IMG/VR virus record: IMGVR_UViG_3300042914_002215
Reading direction: 5' to 3' (one strand)
From: a virus
DNA length: 64,000 nt
Position numbers and translations under genes: made by a program. A model generated the notes under the pieces. That model had not been told where the DNA came from, ran no database searches, and saw only the letters and a list, made by a program, of their open reading frames with translations. Positions 48,426 through 58,261 of the stretch are shown one piece after another. Numbering within the stretch: position 1 is the first letter of the stretch; each line of letters begins with the position of its first letter.

Positions 48426-48995
48426 TCTAAAAAGTATGTAAAAATATGGGAAGATTATAATGGTCAAAAGTTGCCAGAAAACATGGAGATTCATCATATA
48501 GATGGTAACCACGACAACAATGATCCAAACAATCTATTAGCAGTAACGATAGAACAGCATTTAGAAATACATCAAAAACAAAATGATTATGGAGCGGCAC
48601 AGGCTATTTTGATGAGAATGAATAGAAGTGAAGAAGAAGTAAGATTGCTTGCCGAATGTGCTTCTGAACATCAAAAGAAATTATTATCTGAGGGTAGGCA
48701 TAATTTTCAATTGATGACTGAAGAAAGACGCAGAGAAATAAGCACAAAAGTAGGCATTCTAACCAAAGAAAAAAAAATAGGATTACATAGAATAAATGCT
48801 GATCCTATTCTATCAAAACAAAACGCATCAAAAGCAGGTATAAAATCTAAAGAAAAAAAAGCAGGTTGGCACGATCCTCTAAAAAGTGGTAGTAATTATG
48901 TGAGAAATACATTTTGGTGGACAAATAGCATTACAGGTGAAAGAAAAAGAAGTCAAGACTGTCCGGGTGATAATTGGAATAAGGGAATGAAATAA
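48423..48995 (+). CDS. Free-standing HNH homing endonuclease
   Basis: EIHHIDGNHDNNDPNNL…H…H; NUMOD-like C-terminus; inserted directly before thyX. Confidence 0.8.
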   Translation: MSKKYVKIWEDYNGQKLPENMEIHHIDGNHDNNDPNNLLAVTIEQHLEIHQKQNDYGAAQAILMRMNRSEEEVRLLAECASEHQKKLLSEGRHNFQLMTEERRREISTKVGILTKEKKIGLHRINADPILSKQNASKAGIKSKEKKAGWHDPLKSGSNYVRNTFWWTNSITGERKRSQDCPGDNWNKGMK

Positions 48996-49648
48996 TGAAA
49001 GCAAAAATTATTGGTGTTACTGCACCAAAAGGTGAACATAAAACTGCTCAAGATTTGATTGTGTATATGGCACGTGTTTCAAATCCAGCCAATCAAAGAT
49101 CAAATAGTGATCCATCAAAACTAATCAAGTATTGTATCAACAACCAACATTGGTCAATTTTTGAAATGGTCAATGTCGTAATGGAACTAGAAACAACTAG
49201 AGATATCGCAAGACAGATTTTGCGTCATCGTAGTTTTTCTTTTCAGGAGTTTAGTCAGCGTTATGCTGATCCAACGAAAGATTTGGGATTTGAGTTGCGT
49301 GAAGCAAGATTGCAAGACACAAAGAACAGACAAAACAGTATCGAAACTGATGATAAAGAATTGCAAGCTGAATGGAAGATCAAACAGATCAATCTTATTG
49401 CAGAAGCTAAAAATGCCTATGATTGGGCTATTGAAAATGGTATTGCAAAAGAACAGGCACGTGTAGTTTTACCTGAAGGCAATATTCAATCACGTTTGTA
49501 TATGAATGGTACCTTGCGTAGCTGGATTCATTATTGTCAGTTGCGTATGGCAAATGGCACACAAAAAGAACACATGGAATTAGCAGCAGCATGTTGGAAA
49601 CTTATTAAAGAACAGTTTCCAAATGTAGTAGAAGCACTAGAACAATAA
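48995..49648 (+). CDS. thyX: Flavin-dependent thymidylate synthase
   Basis: HWSIFE and RQILRHRSFSFQEFSQRY (ThyX motif), EQARVVLP. Confidence 0.96.
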   Translation: MKAKIIGVTAPKGEHKTAQDLIVYMARVSNPANQRSNSDPSKLIKYCINNQHWSIFEMVNVVMELETTRDIARQILRHRSFSFQEFSQRYADPTKDLGFELREARLQDTKNRQNSIETDDKELQAEWKIKQINLIAEAKNAYDWAIENGIAKEQARVVLPEGNIQSRLYMNGTLRSWIHYCQLRMANGTQKEHMELAAACWKLIKEQFPNVVEALEQ

Positions 49649-49661
49649 TATTGGAGATAAG

Positions 49662-51455
49662 ATGGTAGATATCAGCAGCATCAAAATAGACTTAGAAAGA
49701 GATAAACTGTTCGATGAACTCGGAATCAAAAGACTTAAAGAATCATATATGCGTGAGGACGAAACAAGTCCTCAGCAAAGATTTGCATTTGTATCCGCAG
49801 CCTTTGCATCTAATGCTGATCATGCTCAGAGGTTGTATGATTATAGTTCTAAGCATTGGCTTAGTTACTCTACTCCTATTCTTAGCTTTGGTCGTAGCAA
49901 GCGTGGTTTGCCTATTAGCTGTTTTCTCCCTTATTTGGATGATAGTGCAGAAGGTTTGGTCAACACTCTTTCAGAAGTCAACTGGCTTTCGATGTTAGGC
50001 GGAGGTGTTGGCATTGGATTGGGTATTCGTTCTGCTGATGATAAATCTGTTGGTATTATGCCTCATCTTCGTACCTATGATGCTTCCTCCTTGGCATATA
50101 GACAAGGTCGTACCCGCCGTGGTTCATACGCTGCCTATTTGGATATCAGTCATCCTGATATTCTACTATTCTTAGAAATGCGTAAACCAACTGGTGATCC
50201 TAATTTACGCACACTGAATCTACATCATGGTATCAATATCACAGATGATTTTATGCACATCATTGAACAAGCAATGCTTGATCCACACTTTGATGATACA
50301 TGGGAACTAAAAGACCCGCATTCAGGTGAAGTCAAAGACAAAGTATCAGCACGTGAATTATGGCAGCGCATACTTGAAACACGTATGCTAACTGGTGAAC
50401 CATACATTCATTTCATTGATACATCAAATCGTTTGATGCCAGAATTTCAGAAAGAAAAAGGTCTGAGCATTAGACAATCAAATCTATGCAGTGAAATTAT
50501 TTTACCTACAGATAAAGAACGTACAGCAGTATGTTGTCTTTCATCTGTGAACTTGGAGTATTATGATGATTGGAAAGACGATAAACTTTTTCTTAGGGAC
50601 TTGGCGGAGATGCTTGATAACGTACTTCAGTATTTTATTGACAATGCTCCTGATGCTATACACAGAGCCAGGTACTCTGCTCAACAAGAGCGCAGCATTG
50701 GTGTGGGGGCTCTTGGCTATCATGCTCTTCTACAAAAGAACAATATTGCGTTTGAATCGGCGCTTGCAAAATCATTGAACAACAAAGTATTTAAACATAT
50801 CAAGGAGAAGTTAGATGCAGCAAATTTGGAATTGGGCAATGAGAGAGGAGAGGCTCCTGACGCAAGTGGTACTGGCAAGCGTTTCTCTCATGTTATGGCT
50901 ATTGCCCCCAATGCATCTTCTTCAATCATCATGGGCAACACTTCTCCTAGCGTTGAACCTTATCGTGCTAATGCTTACAGACAGGATACATTATCTGGTG
51001 CTTTTCTAAACAAAAATAAATTCTTGGATAAAATTATCAAGGAGAAATGTGATGCCGACTCTAAATTGGACTATCAAGAAATCTGGTCAAGTATCATTGC
51101 AAACGACGGTTCCGTCCAGCACTTGGATTTCTTGGATGAATGGACCAAGGATGTCTACAAAACTGGTATGGAAATTGACCAACGATGGGTTGTGGACCAC
51201 GCCGCTGACAGACAACATTACATTGACCAGGCGCAATCCCTTAACCTCTTTTTTAGACCTGATGTGAATGTTAAATACTTACATGCAGTTCATTTTCAGG
51301 CATGGAAACAAGGACTGAAAACGTTGTATTACTGCCGTTCAGAGAAACTTGCAAAGGCCGACAAGGTATCCAAAAAGATTGAACGTGAGATTATACAAGA
51401 AATTGATTTGAAACAACTGGCTACTGAGGAGGTCTGTTTAGCGTGTGAGGGCTAA
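49662..51455 (+). CDS. nrdA: Class I ribonucleotide reductase alpha subunit (no ATP cone)
   Basis: ISCFL, SNLCSEI, VCCLSS, APNASSS, KTLYY and C-terminal CLACEG motifs. Confidence 0.95.
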   Translation: MVDISSIKIDLERDKLFDELGIKRLKESYMREDETSPQQRFAFVSAAFASNADHAQRLYDYSSKHWLSYSTPILSFGRSKRGLPISCFLPYLDDSAEGLVNTLSEVNWLSMLGGGVGIGLGIRSADDKSVGIMPHLRTYDASSLAYRQGRTRRGSYAAYLDISHPDILLFLEMRKPTGDPNLRTLNLHHGINITDDFMHIIEQAMLDPHFDDTWELKDPHSGEVKDKVSARELWQRILETRMLTGEPYIHFIDTSNRLMPEFQKEKGLSIRQSNLCSEIILPTDKERTAVCCLSSVNLEYYDDWKDDKLFLRDLAEMLDNVLQYFIDNAPDAIHRARYSAQQERSIGVGALGYHALLQKNNIAFESALAKSLNNKVFKHIKEKLDAANLELGNERGEAPDASGTGKRFSHVMAIAPNASSSIIMGNTSPSVEPYRANAYRQDTLSGAFLNKNKFLDKIIKEKCDADSKLDYQEIWSSIIANDGSVQHLDFLDEWTKDVYKTGMEIDQRWVVDHAADRQHYIDQAQSLNLFFRPDVNVKYLHAVHFQAWKQGLKTLYYCRSEKLAKADKVSKKIEREIIQEIDLKQLATEEVCLACEG

Positions 51456-51571
51456 ATGACATTCGAACTAAACTCAAAGAAACCAAAGCCGCATCCAAAA
51501 AGACCAACATACAAGGAAAAACCACCTGTTCAACCTCCAAAGAAAAAGGAGCAGGAAGATAAAAAAGAAAA

Positions 51572-52213
51572 ATGAGTCGTACCATAGCGTTGTTTGTGCA
51601 GCATCCACGTTGTTCAGTGCAATCAGTAAATGGTGTAATCAAGGCACTAGGGCCAGACTATAACTATAAGGTGTTCACAAAACATGAAGTTGAGGACGAT
51701 TATTTTGATTCAGTGGATTGTGTATGCTTTCCTGGCGGTGTTGGTGATTCTGATACCTACGATATTTTGTTTAAATATCATGAACATAGTATCAGACGAT
51801 ACGTACAGAATGGTGGCAGATTTCTCGGAATTTGTATGGGCGCTTATTGGGCTGGCAGGCATTATCTCAATCTTATGGATGGCTGCGAACCCGAACAATA
51901 TATCCGTCGTCCAAACACTTGCACAAAAAGATACTACAGCAAAGCAGTGGAATGTAACTGGAACGGCAACACAGACAGATTCTTCTTTTACGATGGACCT
52001 GCATTTGTCGGAGATGAATCAAAGTTCGAAGTCGTTGCAAGATACAAAAACGGCGACGCAGCAGCGATCATACAAAATAAAATTGGACTTATAGGTCCAC
52101 ATTTAGAAGCAGAAGAGTATTGGTACGACAAACCTTATTTACATAAACACTGGCATGAAGAGAGACACCATGCATTGTTGAGTGAATTTGTGAATAGACT
52201 AATGGAGAAATAA
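51572..52213 (+). CDS. BPL_N / class I glutamine-amidotransferase-like protein
   Basis: FPGG, GGRFLGICMGAY (nucleophile elbow) and GPHLE motifs. Confidence 0.75.
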   Translation: MSRTIALFVQHPRCSVQSVNGVIKALGPDYNYKVFTKHEVEDDYFDSVDCVCFPGGVGDSDTYDILFKYHEHSIRRYVQNGGRFLGICMGAYWAGRHYLNLMDGCEPEQYIRRPNTCTKRYYSKAVECNWNGNTDRFFFYDGPAFVGDESKFEVVARYKNGDAAAIIQNKIGLIGPHLEAEEYWYDKPYLHKHWHEERHHALLSEFVNRLMEK

Positions 52214-52214
52214 T

Positions 52215-52346
52215 ATGATATTAGACATGATCGTGTGGGGTTTCTTTAGTGCATGGGGCTGGATTGGTGCCAATGCAATCAAAGACAAAGTTTGGCCTGA
52301 GCCACCACAAACAGTAATAGTGCAGCCCGCAGAGAAAAAAGAGTGA
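52215..52346 (+). CDS. Small membrane peptide
   Basis: GGAG RBS; MILDMIVWGFFSAWGWIG…. Confidence 0.5.
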   Translation: MILDMIVWGFFSAWGWIGANAIKDKVWPEPPQTVIVQPAEKKE

Positions 52347-52600
52347 TGTGGGCATACATATTTACTTTTTTAAGTATGCTCGTAACAGACATTGTTTATA
52401 CTCAATTACTTAAATCAGTTCAAAACGATAAGCCATTTGCAGCAAGCATATGGGCATCACTGATTACATTTTTAGGTGGTGTGGCTATCATCAACTATAC
52501 AAATGACAATAAGATGATAATACCAGCAGTATTAGGAGCATTTGTGGGTACGTACATCGGAATGAAATTTCACTTACATGAGAAAAAATGGCACACTTAG
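52343..52600 (+). CDS. Small three-TM membrane protein
   Basis: Hydrophobic segments; GAFVGTYIG. Confidence 0.6.
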   Translation: MMWAYIFTFLSMLVTDIVYTQLLKSVQNDKPFAASIWASLITFLGGVAIINYTNDNKMIIPAVLGAFVGTYIGMKFHLHEKKWHT

Positions 52601-53220
52601 CAGCAAACATACCACCAGTACACTGTTACATACGCAAAGAATTTCTATATGACTTTGAAAAAGGTCATGGTGAATATGAGCCATGTATTTGGGTCACAAT
52701 CAAAAGTATCAGAGGTCAAGCATTCAGAATAGAGGCATATTTACCAAACTATGGCGCACTTTACGATAAACTACCATTACATGCATTTGTTAGCAGAACG
52801 AATAATCTACCAAAAGATTTTTTACCTTTAGACACACTTCAAATTTGGGATTGTTTCAGTTATGATTTCACTGTGATACAGAAAGCATTTCTTCGCAATC
52901 TCACATGTAAGTTTTATGCCAAAGACAAACAGTTTTATGAAGGCAATTACATGTTCACAGTGGATCATTCAGCACCAGACTTGAATATTATAGATACAAG
53001 TTATGCAGAATGGCCAGAAGATCATAAAAGTTTCAATTTCATTGAATTGTATAACGGTCAATATGCAGCACAACCAAATAATCGTTGCTTGTTCTTAGAT
53101 GCAGCAAGTAATCCCAAACAATTGAAGTTTCCAGATTTTAAGGTTTGTACTAAGAAGTATGTGGTTGAGCAAAAGCCCAAATGGTCTTTGGGTGACACTG
53201 AAACTGTAATGTATGAATAG
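52588..53220 (+). CDS. Conserved phage hypothetical protein
   Basis: YGALYDKLP…LQIWDCFSY…EHK-like…NGQYAAQPNNR pattern. Confidence 0.7.
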   Translation: MAHLAANIPPVHCYIRKEFLYDFEKGHGEYEPCIWVTIKSIRGQAFRIEAYLPNYGALYDKLPLHAFVSRTNNLPKDFLPLDTLQIWDCFSYDFTVIQKAFLRNLTCKFYAKDKQFYEGNYMFTVDHSAPDLNIIDTSYAEWPEDHKSFNFIELYNGQYAAQPNNRCLFLDAASNPKQLKFPDFKVCTKKYVVEQKPKWSLGDTETVMYE

Positions 53221-53228
53221 GAGATAAT

Positions 53229-53363
53229 ATGGCAAAGCAAGTTGGTGTATCTAAACATAAGTCTGTATTCAAACGCACCAAACAAGGTGGTCAAAAGAAA
53301 ACAGCATCAATGAATAAACATGAGAAACGTTCACATAAAAAATACAGAGGTCAAGGTCGATGA
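53229..53363 (+). CDS. Small basic protein (44 aa)
   Basis: GGAG RBS; ends KKYRGQGR. Confidence 0.55.
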   Translation: MAKQVGVSKHKSVFKRTKQGGQKKTASMNKHEKRSHKKYRGQGR

Positions 53364-53605
53364 AAAAGGTAATACGATTTACAGCATCATGGTGTGGACC
53401 ATGTAAGATGTTAGCAAAAACATTGGAAGATGTGCAAACAAACGTACCAATTGAAGTGATTGATATTGATGAACAACCCGAATTAGCAGTAGAGTTTGGC
53501 ATTCGTGGTGTACCGACACTTGTAATTGTAGAAGATAATGTACCATCAAAAAGATTAGTAGGCAATAAAACAAAACAAGAACTAGAGGCATTCATCAATG
53601 ATTAA
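53360..53605 (+). CDS. Thioredoxin
   Basis: WCGPC active site; GVPTL. Confidence 0.93.
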   Translation: MKKVIRFTASWCGPCKMLAKTLEDVQTNVPIEVIDIDEQPELAVEFGIRGVPTLVIVEDNVPSKRLVGNKTKQELEAFIND

Positions 53606-54590
53606 AAAACAAGAAATAAGACTAACAGACGAAAGAACATCATTCAAACCATTTGCATATCCTTGGGCATACGAGAGTTGGCTAAAACATGAACAATCAC
53701 ACTGGCTACACACTGAAGTACCGATGCTTGAGGATGTTAAGGATTGGAAAAATAAACTTACACAAAACGAAAAGAATTTTCTTACACATATTTTCAGATT
53801 CTTTACTCAGGGCGACATTGATGTTGCAGGTGGCTATGTTAATAATTACCTACCTTACTTCCCTCAGCCTGAAGTAAGAATGATGCTATTGGGTTTTGCA
53901 GCACGTGAAGCATTACACATCGCAGCATATTCACATTTGATTGAAACACTTGGTATGCCAGATACCACATACACAGAGTTTCTTGAGTATGAAGAGATGC
54001 GCTCAAAACACGATTATGTTTTGAGTGTTAGTTCACAGAATGGCGACAGAGCATCAACGGCAGCACACATTGCAGTATTCTCAGCATTCACTGAAGGTAT
54101 GCAATTGTTTAGTTCTTTCATCATGTTATTGAACTTTGCACGACAAGGCAAAATGCGTGGTATGGGTCAAATCATTACATGGTCAATCGTTGATGAAACA
54201 CAACATGCAGAGTCAATGATCAAGTTGTTCCGCACATATATCGAAGAGAACAAGGAGATATGGAATGATGATCTCAAATCAAAAATTTATACCATTGCTG
54301 AAAAGATGGTTGAACTCGAAGATAAGTTTATCGATCTTGCTTTTGCTATGGGTGGTATTGATGGGCTATCTGCTGATGACGTTAAATTATACATACGCTA
54401 CATTGCTGATCGCAGGCTCATTTCTCTTGGTCTTAAAGGCGTATTCAAGGTCAAGAAGAATCCGCTTCCATGGGTTGAAGAGATGATCAATGCACCAACA
54501 CATACCAATTTCTTTGAGAATCGTGCAACAGATTATTCCAAGGGTGCACTAACAGGAAATTGGGAAACAGTGTGGGGTAAAGCAGCATAA
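53598..54590 (+). CDS. nrdB: Ribonucleotide reductase beta subunit
   Basis: FFTQGD, EALH-x-x-AY, EGMQLFSSF, DETQH and NFFE motifs. Confidence 0.95.
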   Translation: MIKKQEIRLTDERTSFKPFAYPWAYESWLKHEQSHWLHTEVPMLEDVKDWKNKLTQNEKNFLTHIFRFFTQGDIDVAGGYVNNYLPYFPQPEVRMMLLGFAAREALHIAAYSHLIETLGMPDTTYTEFLEYEEMRSKHDYVLSVSSQNGDRASTAAHIAVFSAFTEGMQLFSSFIMLLNFARQGKMRGMGQIITWSIVDETQHAESMIKLFRTYIEENKEIWNDDLKSKIYTIAEKMVELEDKFIDLAFAMGGIDGLSADDVKLYIRYIADRRLISLGLKGVFKVKKNPLPWVEEMINAPTHTNFFENRATDYSKGALTGNWETVWGKAA

Positions 54591-54630
54591 TTGTTACAAA
54601 ACGATTTCAGTTTTGTTACAGTTCTATTTA
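54591..54630 (+). promoter_or_regulatory. Putative Pho box array
   Basis: 11-bp periodic units TTGTTAC-AAAA / CGATTTC-AGTT / TTGTTAC-AGTT / CTATTTA upstream of pstS. Confidence 0.5.
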
Positions 54631-54693
54631 AAAACTTGAAAAAAATAGATAAGTGTGATATTGTGCAATCGCACAATTCCTATAGGAGATATT

Positions 54694-55716
54694 ATGAAGA
54701 ATCTATTATTATCGTTGTTACTATTCACAGGTGTCGCATCAGCAGCAGATTTAACCGGTGCTGGTGCGACATTTCCATATCCAATCTATGCAAAATGGGC
54801 TGAAGCATACAAATCAGCAACAGGCATAGGACTCAATTATCAATCAATCGGATCGGGTGGCGGTATCCGTCAAATCAAAGCAAAGACAGTTGACTTTGGT
54901 GCAAGTGATATGCCATTGAAGCCGGAAGAATTAGACAAAGAAGGTCTAATGCAATTTCCTGCAATCATTGGTGGTGTAGTACCAGTTATAAATCTTGAAG
55001 GTGTTGCACCAGGTCAATTAAAGTTGACGAGTGATGTTGTTGCAGGTATTCATCTTGGTAAAATTACAAAGTGGAATGACAAAGCAATCACTGATTTGAA
55101 TCCTGGTGTAAATTTACCAGCATTGAATATCACTGTAATTCATCGTGCAGATGGTTCTGGTACAACATTCATTTGGACAAACTATCTGAGCAAAGCAAAT
55201 CCAGATTTTGCAAAAACAGTTGGTGAAGGCACAGCAGTGAAATGGCCTACAGGTATTGGTGGTAAAGGTAATGAAGGTGTTGCAGCAAATGTTCAACGTG
55301 TAAAAGGCGCATTTGGTTATGTTGAATATGCATACGCAAAGAAAAATAAAATTGCATGGGCACAATTGAAGAATCGTGATGGCAATTTTGTACAACCAGA
55401 CGATAATACATTCAAAGCAGCAGCAGCAAATGCAGACTGGGCAAATGCACCAGGCATGTATTTGTTACTGACATACCAAACCGGTAAAGATGCATGGCCT
55501 GCAACTGGCGCAAGTTTTATTTTAATGCACAAGCAACAAACCGATGCACTAACAGGCAAAGCAATTCTTAAATTCTTTGATTGGAGTTACAAGAACGGTG
55601 CAAAGATGAGTGAGGATTTGGAGTATGTACACATGCCTCAATCAGTTATCAAGTTAGTACAAGATAACTGGAAAAAGGATCTAAAAGGTCCTGATGGTAA
55701 CACAATTTGGAAATAA
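54694..55716 (+). CDS. pstS: Phosphate ABC transporter periplasmic binding protein
   Basis: Signal peptide, GAGATFP, YQSIGSGGG, DFGASD and RADGSGTT motifs. Confidence 0.96.
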   Translation: MKNLLLSLLLFTGVASAADLTGAGATFPYPIYAKWAEAYKSATGIGLNYQSIGSGGGIRQIKAKTVDFGASDMPLKPEELDKEGLMQFPAIIGGVVPVINLEGVAPGQLKLTSDVVAGIHLGKITKWNDKAITDLNPGVNLPALNITVIHRADGSGTTFIWTNYLSKANPDFAKTVGEGTAVKWPTGIGGKGNEGVAANVQRVKGAFGYVEYAYAKKNKIAWAQLKNRDGNFVQPDDNTFKAAAANADWANAPGMYLLLTYQTGKDAWPATGASFILMHKQQTDALTGKAILKFFDWSYKNGAKMSEDLEYVHMPQSVIKLVQDNWKKDLKGPDGNTIWK

Positions 55717-55725
55717 GGATAAATC

Positions 55726-57132
55726 ATGAAATTATTTAAGAAACTTGCTATTGTTGTTGCACTTACGACAGTAATTCCAGCATATGCTGATAGCCACAAA
55801 GAAACTCTGAGTATTCTGAGAGACAAAGGTATTCTTACTCAACAAGAGTATGAAACTAAAATCAAAGAATATGAGGATAAAGAAGAAAATAAAAAATTTG
55901 TTGAACAAAGAATTGACAGAGATGTTAGTGAATCAAACAAATGGAGAATTGCAAGACAAGATGATGGTGGAGTCATGGGCAATGGACTTGGAATCAAATC
56001 TAAAGACGGTAACACGACTGCCCAATTTACAGGTAGACTTCATATGGACTACCGAACTTATACACCAGACTATGCCAAAGGTCAAAGCACAGATACGTAT
56101 CAAGATGGCTTAGAAGTACGTCGTGCAAGATTTGGTGTTCGTGGTCAATTTGCAAAAGACTTCAAATATCTTCTATTAGCAAACTTTGGTAATGATACAG
56201 GTGCAGCATCAACATCATCTACTATGGATGAAATGTGGGTAAACTATGCAGCCAATCCTGAAATGCAGTTTCAATTTGGTTTGTTCAAAATGCCATTTAG
56301 TCTTGAGCAGTTGACCAGTTCAAACAATCTTGACTTTATGGAACGCAGTTTGATTGGTCAAACAGAAGGTGAATTTATACCTGCGAAAGAAACAGGAGTG
56401 ATGATACATGGTGTGCCTAAAACTGGTTTTACATATGCCGTGGCTCTCAGTCGTGGACGAGGAAATAAGAGCGCCACAGCGGACGGTACTGATGTAATTG
56501 GTCGTGCAACAGTAAACTTTGCTGAACTTGCTATGATCAAAGACACAGTAATGCATCTTGGTGCAGCATACAGTGTAGGTGACATTAGAGGTGGCGTAGC
56601 ACCAGCAAGTGGTCGTACAGAAAGTCGCCAACAAAGTGCATACTTTACAGGTCCTACATTGAGTGGAGATACAAATCGTACACGCCAAGGTCTTGAAGCA
56701 GCATACTCATATAAAGCATTGAAACTACAAGGTGAACAGTTTCAATTCACATATGATCCTGCGAAAGGTGCTGATCAAAAGATTGATGGTTATTACATTC
56801 AAGCAATGTACAATCTGACGGGTGAAAACCATAGTTACAAAGATGGTGTATTCGGTTGGGTAAAGCCAAGCAATCCAGTTGATAAAGGTGGCAAGGGTGC
56901 ATGGCAAGTTGGTGTACGTGCAAGTGAGTTCAATGCCGATGATATTGCAGTGGTCGCAGGCAAGACAAACAAAGCAACGTCACTGACATATGGCATTACA
57001 TGGTTTGCCAATGATAATCTACGTTTCATGCTAAACTATGTGGACACTAAGTTTGACGCACCTGTTGGTGCAGCAGGCAGTCGTGTAAACGGTGATAAAG
57101 CAGTAATGCTCAGAGGTCAACTGAGTTTCTAA
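55726..57132 (+). CDS. Phosphate-selective porin (OprO/OprP family)
   Basis: Signal peptide, GRLHMD, RRARFG, G-x-FKMPFSLEQLTSS…FMERS; C-terminal Phe; follows pstS. Confidence 0.85.
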   Translation: MKLFKKLAIVVALTTVIPAYADSHKETLSILRDKGILTQQEYETKIKEYEDKEENKKFVEQRIDRDVSESNKWRIARQDDGGVMGNGLGIKSKDGNTTAQFTGRLHMDYRTYTPDYAKGQSTDTYQDGLEVRRARFGVRGQFAKDFKYLLLANFGNDTGAASTSSTMDEMWVNYAANPEMQFQFGLFKMPFSLEQLTSSNNLDFMERSLIGQTEGEFIPAKETGVMIHGVPKTGFTYAVALSRGRGNKSATADGTDVIGRATVNFAELAMIKDTVMHLGAAYSVGDIRGGVAPASGRTESRQQSAYFTGPTLSGDTNRTRQGLEAAYSYKALKLQGEQFQFTYDPAKGADQKIDGYYIQAMYNLTGENHSYKDGVFGWVKPSNPVDKGGKGAWQVGVRASEFNADDIAVVAGKTNKATSLTYGITWFANDNLRFMLNYVDTKFDAPVGAAGSRVNGDKAVMLRGQLSF

Positions 57133-57142
57133 TAAAAGTAGT

Positions 57143-57183
57143 CTAAATAGGTGTTTCAGGGGAGTATCATGAAACACCTATTT
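57143..57183 (+). promoter_or_regulatory. Late-promoter-like motif with a perfect 14-bp hairpin over the RBS/start codon
   Basis: CTAAATA; AAATAGGTGTTTCA / TGAAACACCTATTT with GGGGAG in the loop. Confidence 0.7.
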
Positions 57184-57630
57184 TCCTTTATCATGGCTGT
57201 CCTGTTTTCACTACCAGTACAATCCGCAGAATACCGTCTACCTTTTGTCGAACAAAAAGATGGTACAACTAAAATTCCTTTTATTGAAAGAGAATGGATT
57301 CTCAGCGTCGGAAGAGATGAGTGGGATATCTATCTTGAAAAAGGAATGTTCGACAACCACAAAGAAATGTATGAGTTTCACGCAATCACCGCATACAAAA
57401 CTCCATATTATAGTGATGGTTTAAAGACCAAAGTAAGCAAGATATATACTTACGGAGTTCTAAACTGTAAACAATCAATTCTGCACATTTTCTACGAATG
57501 GTATGTTGACCCAGAGGAAAACATGATATTCAGAGGAACATACGAATTCGGTGCTTATTCAGTTGAAATGGAAACACCCGACACAGCAAGAAATGAAGTT
57601 TACAATCTAATTTGTAAGGAAATGATATGA
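57169..57630 (+). CDS. Secreted/periplasmic hypothetical protein
   Basis: Signal peptide (VQS-A); two Cys. Confidence 0.6.
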   Translation: MKHLFSFIMAVLFSLPVQSAEYRLPFVEQKDGTTKIPFIEREWILSVGRDEWDIYLEKGMFDNHKEMYEFHAITAYKTPYYSDGLKTKVSKIYTYGVLNCKQSILHIFYEWYVDPEENMIFRGTYEFGAYSVEMETPDTARNEVYNLICKEMI

Positions 57631-58082
57631 AAAAGTTTATGACAAAGTTTTACATTGCAGTTGGTTATGTTTTTCTTTGTTTGTTCTTACCAGTACAAGC
57701 AAAGACGCCAGAGGGTGTAATGTATGATGCACAAATCGTGCGTGTAAATGATGGTGATACTGTGGTTATTGCAGCACCATTTCTACCAAAGCCACTGAAA
57801 CCAGAACTAGCAGTTCGCATCTATGGAGTTGATACCCCTGAAAAGGGGTTCCGAGCGCAATGTCCAAGTGAAGATCAACGAGGACAAAACGCAACAAAGT
57901 TTACCACAGCAGCAGTTGCCAAATCAACTAAGCGTCAAGTGGTTCTTTATTCGTGGGACAAGTTTGGTGGTCGTGTTTTGGGAGACATCATTCTAGATGG
58001 TCAAAGTCTACGTGCTCAATTGATTCAAAATGGTTTTGCACGTGAATACTTTGGTGAAGCAAAACAATCATGGTGTAACTAA
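57627..58082 (+). CDS. Thermonuclease (SNase-like) with a signal peptide
   Basis: DGDT, R-x-x-GVDTPE, DKFGGRVL and NGFA motifs. Confidence 0.88.
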   Translation: MKKFMTKFYIAVGYVFLCLFLPVQAKTPEGVMYDAQIVRVNDGDTVVIAAPFLPKPLKPELAVRIYGVDTPEKGFRAQCPSEDQRGQNATKFTTAAVAKSTKRQVVLYSWDKFGGRVLGDIILDGQSLRAQLIQNGFAREYFGEAKQSWCN

Positions 58083-58261
58083 TGATTAAGCTACAGCACG
58101 AATGTTCAGCTTGTGGGTCACAATTCAGCATTTCATACAATGAGATGTATACTGAAAGTGATCCAACTCACTGCCCATTTTGTGGTGAGTACCTAATACT
58201 TGAAGATGAAAACTTTGATGATCAAGACCTTCATGACGATGAAGATGATGAGCCACTATGA
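58082..58261 (+). CDS. Small zinc-ribbon protein with an acidic tail
   Basis: CSAC…CPFC followed by a D/E-rich tail (59 aa, read manually). Confidence 0.65.
   Translation: MIKLQHECSACGSQFSISYNEMYTESDPTHCPFCGEYLILEDENFDDQDLHDDEDDEPL

Noticed and set aside
19725-54590. Introns or inteins in gp43, gp41, thyX, nrdA or nrdB; stop-codon reassignment
   Set aside because: All are uninterrupted ORFs of expected length under the standard code
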